A program made the translations under genes and the position numbers. This document shows positions 61,251-64,000 of a stretch of 64,000 nucleotides of DNA, piece by piece; position 1 is the stretch's first letter; every line of letters starts with the position of its first letter. Source of the stretch: Clostridia bacterium. GTDB taxonomy: Bacteria; Bacillota; Clostridia; Christensenellales; CAG-138. Under the pieces are notes generated by a model. The model had not been told where the DNA came from, searched no databases, and was given only the letters and a program-made list of their open reading frames with translations. Where the stretch lies: the NCBI GenBank assembly GCA_017541305.1, contig JAFXZJ010000033.1, positions 25,978 through 89,977 on the forward strand, in the 5' to 3' direction.

Positions 61251-61808
61251 TTATCTTTTCAGCTTCGTCATCATGCAGTATTCGTCAAGCAGTGTTCCGT
61301 CCTTCAGGCGTATCGCATCGGGCTTGATCCCGGTGACCTCGAATCCCAAGCTTTCGTAAAGCGCTCTTGCCCGATCGTTGCCTTCTATAAATTCAAGCTC
61401 GAGCTGAAGTACGTTTTCGTTTTCATAAGCTATGCGAAAGAGCTCGTTCATAAGCCTTCTGCCTATGCCAAGGCCCCAAAATTCACGAAGCAGCGCGATC
61501 GCAAGGCTTGCGCGATGCCTTGTTTTTATGCGTTTGCCGCACGATATCTGGCAGTTGCCCGCAAGCCTGCCTTCAACGAAGCACAAAAGCATCGCATCGG
61601 TATCCGAGGAGTTTACGCCTTCGATGAAATGCTTTTCCGCGTCGGGCGATATACCCGTGCATTCCTCGGGGTATCGCATAAGAAAATGCGTCTCTCCCGC
61701 CGTCGTTCGCAGATAATCAAGCAGCGCGGGAACGTCCTCCTCGCCGGGATTCCGCACGAGTGCGCGCCTACCATCCTTAAGATCGAATTCGAATCCGCTG
61801 ACAAGCAT
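61251..61808 (-). CDS. GNAT family N-acetyltransferase
   Basis: Acetyl-CoA-binding motif REFWGLGIGRRLM (Q/RxxGxG/A). 185 aa. GGGAGG SD. Confidence 0.85.
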   Translation of the reverse strand: MLVSGFEFDLKDGRRALVRNPGEEDVPALLDYLRTTAGETHFLMRYPEECTGISPDAEKHFIEGVNSSDTDAMLLCFVEGRLAGNCQISCGKRIKTRHRASLAIALLREFWGLGIGRRLMNELFRIAYENENVLQLELEFIEGNDRARALYESLGFEVTGIKPDAIRLKDGTLLDEYCMMTKLKR

Positions 61809-61841
61809 ATATTTCCTCCCGACGAATTATTTTACTTTTCG

Positions 61842-61870
61842 ATTCTACCACATAAGAAGGCGCGGTTCAA
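61842..61870 (-). promoter_or_regulatory. sigma-70-like promoter of the five-gene minus-strand operon
   Basis: Minus strand: TTGAAC, 17-nt spacer, TAGAAT with extended TG (TGGTAGAAT). Confidence 0.5.
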
Positions 61871-61904
61871 TAACGATCTTTATATGCCGATCAATATTTT
61901 AATG

Positions 61905-61933
61905 TTGAAATACGGGTCCGATAACGCTATAAT
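61905..61933 (+). promoter_or_regulatory. sigma-70-like promoter of the divergent GNAT gene
   Basis: TTGAAA, 17-nt spacer, TATAAT. Confidence 0.55.
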
Positions 61934-61960
61934 CATAAAAAAAGAAAGGAACCGGTTCAA

Positions 61961-62428
61961 GTGCCGATACGTTTTGCAAAACATGAAGACCTTGAGCGGA
62001 TCAACGAGCTTCGCAGGCAGGTGAACGAACTGCACGTTGAAGGCGAGCCCGAGATATTCAAGCCCGGCTTCTCCGATGAGCTGCGCGACCATATCTATAA
62101 GGTATTCAACGATCCGCTTCAAAGGATAGCCATTTATGACAAGGAAGGCGTCATATGCGCGTTTGCCGTGCTTAACCACATCACCCGTCCGGAAAACCCA
62201 TTCATGTATAAGCGCGATTATCTGGATATAGACGAATTCTGCGTTGACGAATCCTTCAGGCGTATGGGTATTGCGGCTGAAATGATCTCTTTCATACGCG
62301 AATACGCAAAAACTTGGGGTTTTGAAAGGCTGGAGCTGAATATGTGGGAATTCAACAAGGACGCGCTTGCTTTCTATGAAGCTGTGGGATTCGAGACCTA
62401 CCGCAGATACATGGTGATGAAGCTCTGA
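61961..62428 (+). CDS. GNAT family N-acetyltransferase
   Basis: Motif ESFRRMGIAAEMI (RxxGxA). 155 aa. GTG start. Confidence 0.85.
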   Translation: MPIRFAKHEDLERINELRRQVNELHVEGEPEIFKPGFSDELRDHIYKVFNDPLQRIAIYDKEGVICAFAVLNHITRPENPFMYKRDYLDIDEFCVDESFRRMGIAAEMISFIREYAKTWGFERLELNMWEFNKDALAFYEAVGFETYRRYMVMKL

Positions 62429-62520
62429 CATGAGTGAAAATACGGCTATATAATGCTTTACATTATCCCGCATATAGTTTATAATCACATTGTAAAGATT
62501 TATATCGAAAGGATCTGTTT

Positions 62521-63345
62521 ATGGGTATAATACTGGGCATTGACGTCGGCGGTTCCACAACAAAGATCGTCGGTATGCGCGCTGACCGCACGCTCATTTC
62601 CACAATGATGGTCAAGGCATACGATCAGCTCACCTCCCTTTACGGAGCGCTAGGCAATTTCATGGATACAAACCGTCTGCCTCTGTCGGACGTTGAACGG
62701 ATTTATATAACGGGCGTCGGCAGCTCTTATCTCAACGGTGATATTTACGGCATACCCACTCATCGTGTGGAGGAATTCTCCGCAATAGGTAAAGGCGGTC
62801 TTTGGCTTTCCGGTCTTGAGCAGGCGATCGTGATAAGCATGGGCACCGGCACAGCCTTCGTGCAGGCGGATAATAACGGCTACACGCATATAGGCGGCAG
62901 CGGCGTTGGCGGCGGCACGCTTCTTGGGCTTGGCTGCAGGCTCACGAGTGCGGACGGATTCGACTCTCTTTGCAGACTTGCCGATTCGGGCAGTCTAAAA
63001 AACGTCGACCTCACCATCGGCGCGATCTCAAAACAGAACATATCCACTCTTAATTCCGAGATAACCGCGGCTAACTTCGCCAATCTAAACAGCCTGACGA
63101 CCGAAAACGATATTGCGCTCGGTCTTGTGAACATGGTTTTGCAGACGATATTCACGCTCGGCGTATTTGCGGCCCGGGCGACCTCCATCCCCGACGGTCC
63201 GATTATCCTCATAGGCTCGCTGACCGATCTTAAGCAGATCGACTCGACCCGCAAGGCCTTCTCCGCGCTCTATCCCAACAAGTTTATTCTTCCTCCCCAC
63301 GCGGCATTTGCAACCGCGATAGGCGCGGCGCTGCACGGATGCTGA
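62521..63345 (+). CDS. coaW: type II pantothenate kinase-like (BadF/BadG/BcrA/BcrD ATPase fold)
   Basis: N-terminal phosphate-1 motif GIDVGGSTTKIVG, and GGSGVGGGTLLGL. 274 aa, similar in size to staphylococcal CoaW. Confidence 0.7.
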   Translation: MGIILGIDVGGSTTKIVGMRADRTLISTMMVKAYDQLTSLYGALGNFMDTNRLPLSDVERIYITGVGSSYLNGDIYGIPTHRVEEFSAIGKGGLWLSGLEQAIVISMGTGTAFVQADNNGYTHIGGSGVGGGTLLGLGCRLTSADGFDSLCRLADSGSLKNVDLTIGAISKQNISTLNSEITAANFANLNSLTTENDIALGLVNMVLQTIFTLGVFAARATSIPDGPIILIGSLTDLKQIDSTRKAFSALYPNKFILPPHAAFATAIGAALHGC

Positions 63346-63444
63346 TAAAATATTTTTGAAATTTATAAAAAAACTCAATACCATGTACGCATTTACTCAT
63401 TTTTGTGCTATAATATCTACATATGGTATAGTTCGAGGTGAGAT

Positions 63445-64000
63445 ATGAAGAGAATCATCAAATACGGAATCACCGCCCTGCTGTGCGCCGCCGCTGTTTT
63501 TATGGCTGTCAAGTTTGTTAACAGCACCCTGGCTGACGGCATGGATAATTACGTAAACAATATAAATACCGAAGTCGAGGCGAAGCGCCGGGCCCTGCTT
63601 TCCGACGGCACATTCCGGGAGGGCATCAGGGTAAATGATATCCCCATCGGCGGAATGACCTATAACGAAGCAAAAAAGGCGCTTGAGCCCGTTGAGAAAG
63701 AACTTGTCGGAGACATCGGCTTCAAAGTGGAATACGGAGACAACAGATCCATCGATTTCGGCAGGGATTTTTTCTACGTATCCTATAATACCGACGAGAT
63801 ACTTCAAGAGGCGATCCTACTTGCCAACGACGGCGAGTTCGAAGCCCTTCGTCAGCAGATAGACGATCTTAAGAAGAACGGCAAGAATTACGAGATAGAC
63901 TGCAAGGTTTCCGCGGATATCAACAGGATAGCCTCCATCGTCAAGGAAGCGGGCGATTCCCTTAACGTCGATCCTGTCAACGCCTCCTTCAAACCCAATC
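63445..64000 (+). CDS. VanW family protein paralog, 3'-truncated by window edge
   Basis: ATG at 63445 after GAGGTG; frame stays open to the window end. N-terminal TM helix ITALLCAAAVFMAV. Segment GIRVNDIPIGGMTYNEAKKAL parallels GISIEGVSIGGMTYDEARRAM of the protein at 3437-5122. Not in the ORF track because no stop is reached. Confidence 0.75.
   Translation, partial: MKRIIKYGITALLCAAAVFMAVKFVNSTLADGMDNYVNNINTEVEAKRRALLSDGTFREGIRVNDIPIGGMTYNEAKKALEPVEKELVGDIGFKVEYGDNRSIDFGRDFFYVSYNTDEILQEAILLANDGEFEALRQQIDDLKKNGKNYEIDCKVSADINRIASIVKEAGDSLNVDPVNASFKPN

Overview
This 64-kb window looks like chromosomal DNA from a spore-forming, moderately GC-rich member of the Clostridia. Supporting genes are spoIIID, spoVT, a PolC-type replicase and a secreted protein ending in a dockerin. 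Coding density is very high. Most intergenic gaps are explained by sigma-70-like promoters, stem-loop terminators, one T-box leader and one tRNA. Core content: queA-tgt-tsaE-tsaB; a VanW-family protein; an aminotransferase; a complete oxidative ornithine-fermentation cluster (ord-ortA-ortB-oraS-oraE-glmL-like-orr) followed by alr and a family-4 uracil-DNA glycosylase; uvrB-uvrA; leuS behind a Leu T-box; the conserved pyrH-frr-uppS-cdsA-dxr-rseP-ispG-polC block; an EF-G paralog; and tRNA-Asn. Accessory content: two YtrA/GntR-type regulator plus ABC transporter modules, each with a palindromic operator over its -10 box; a dockerin-bearing zinc metalloprotease; an XerS-like tyrosine recombinase next to a perfect 16-6-16 palindrome; and, downstream of tRNA-Asn, an orphan DUF3990 gene plus a tight five-gene operon of small-molecule-modifying enzymes that includes a kinase/beta-carbonic-anhydrase fusion. 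I found no CRISPR array, transposase, phage block or recognisable defence system. The observations I rate highest are: (1) PolC keeps its inserted proofreading exonuclease domain but seems to have lost the DEDDh catalytic residues, while all PHP metal ligands are present; (2) the kinase/beta-CA fusion and its operon; (3) the recombinase plus adjacent symmetric core-site-like palindrome; (4) an EF-G paralog lacking the catalytic His and the NKxD Lys. All motif alignments were made by eye from the supplied translations and need computational confirmation.
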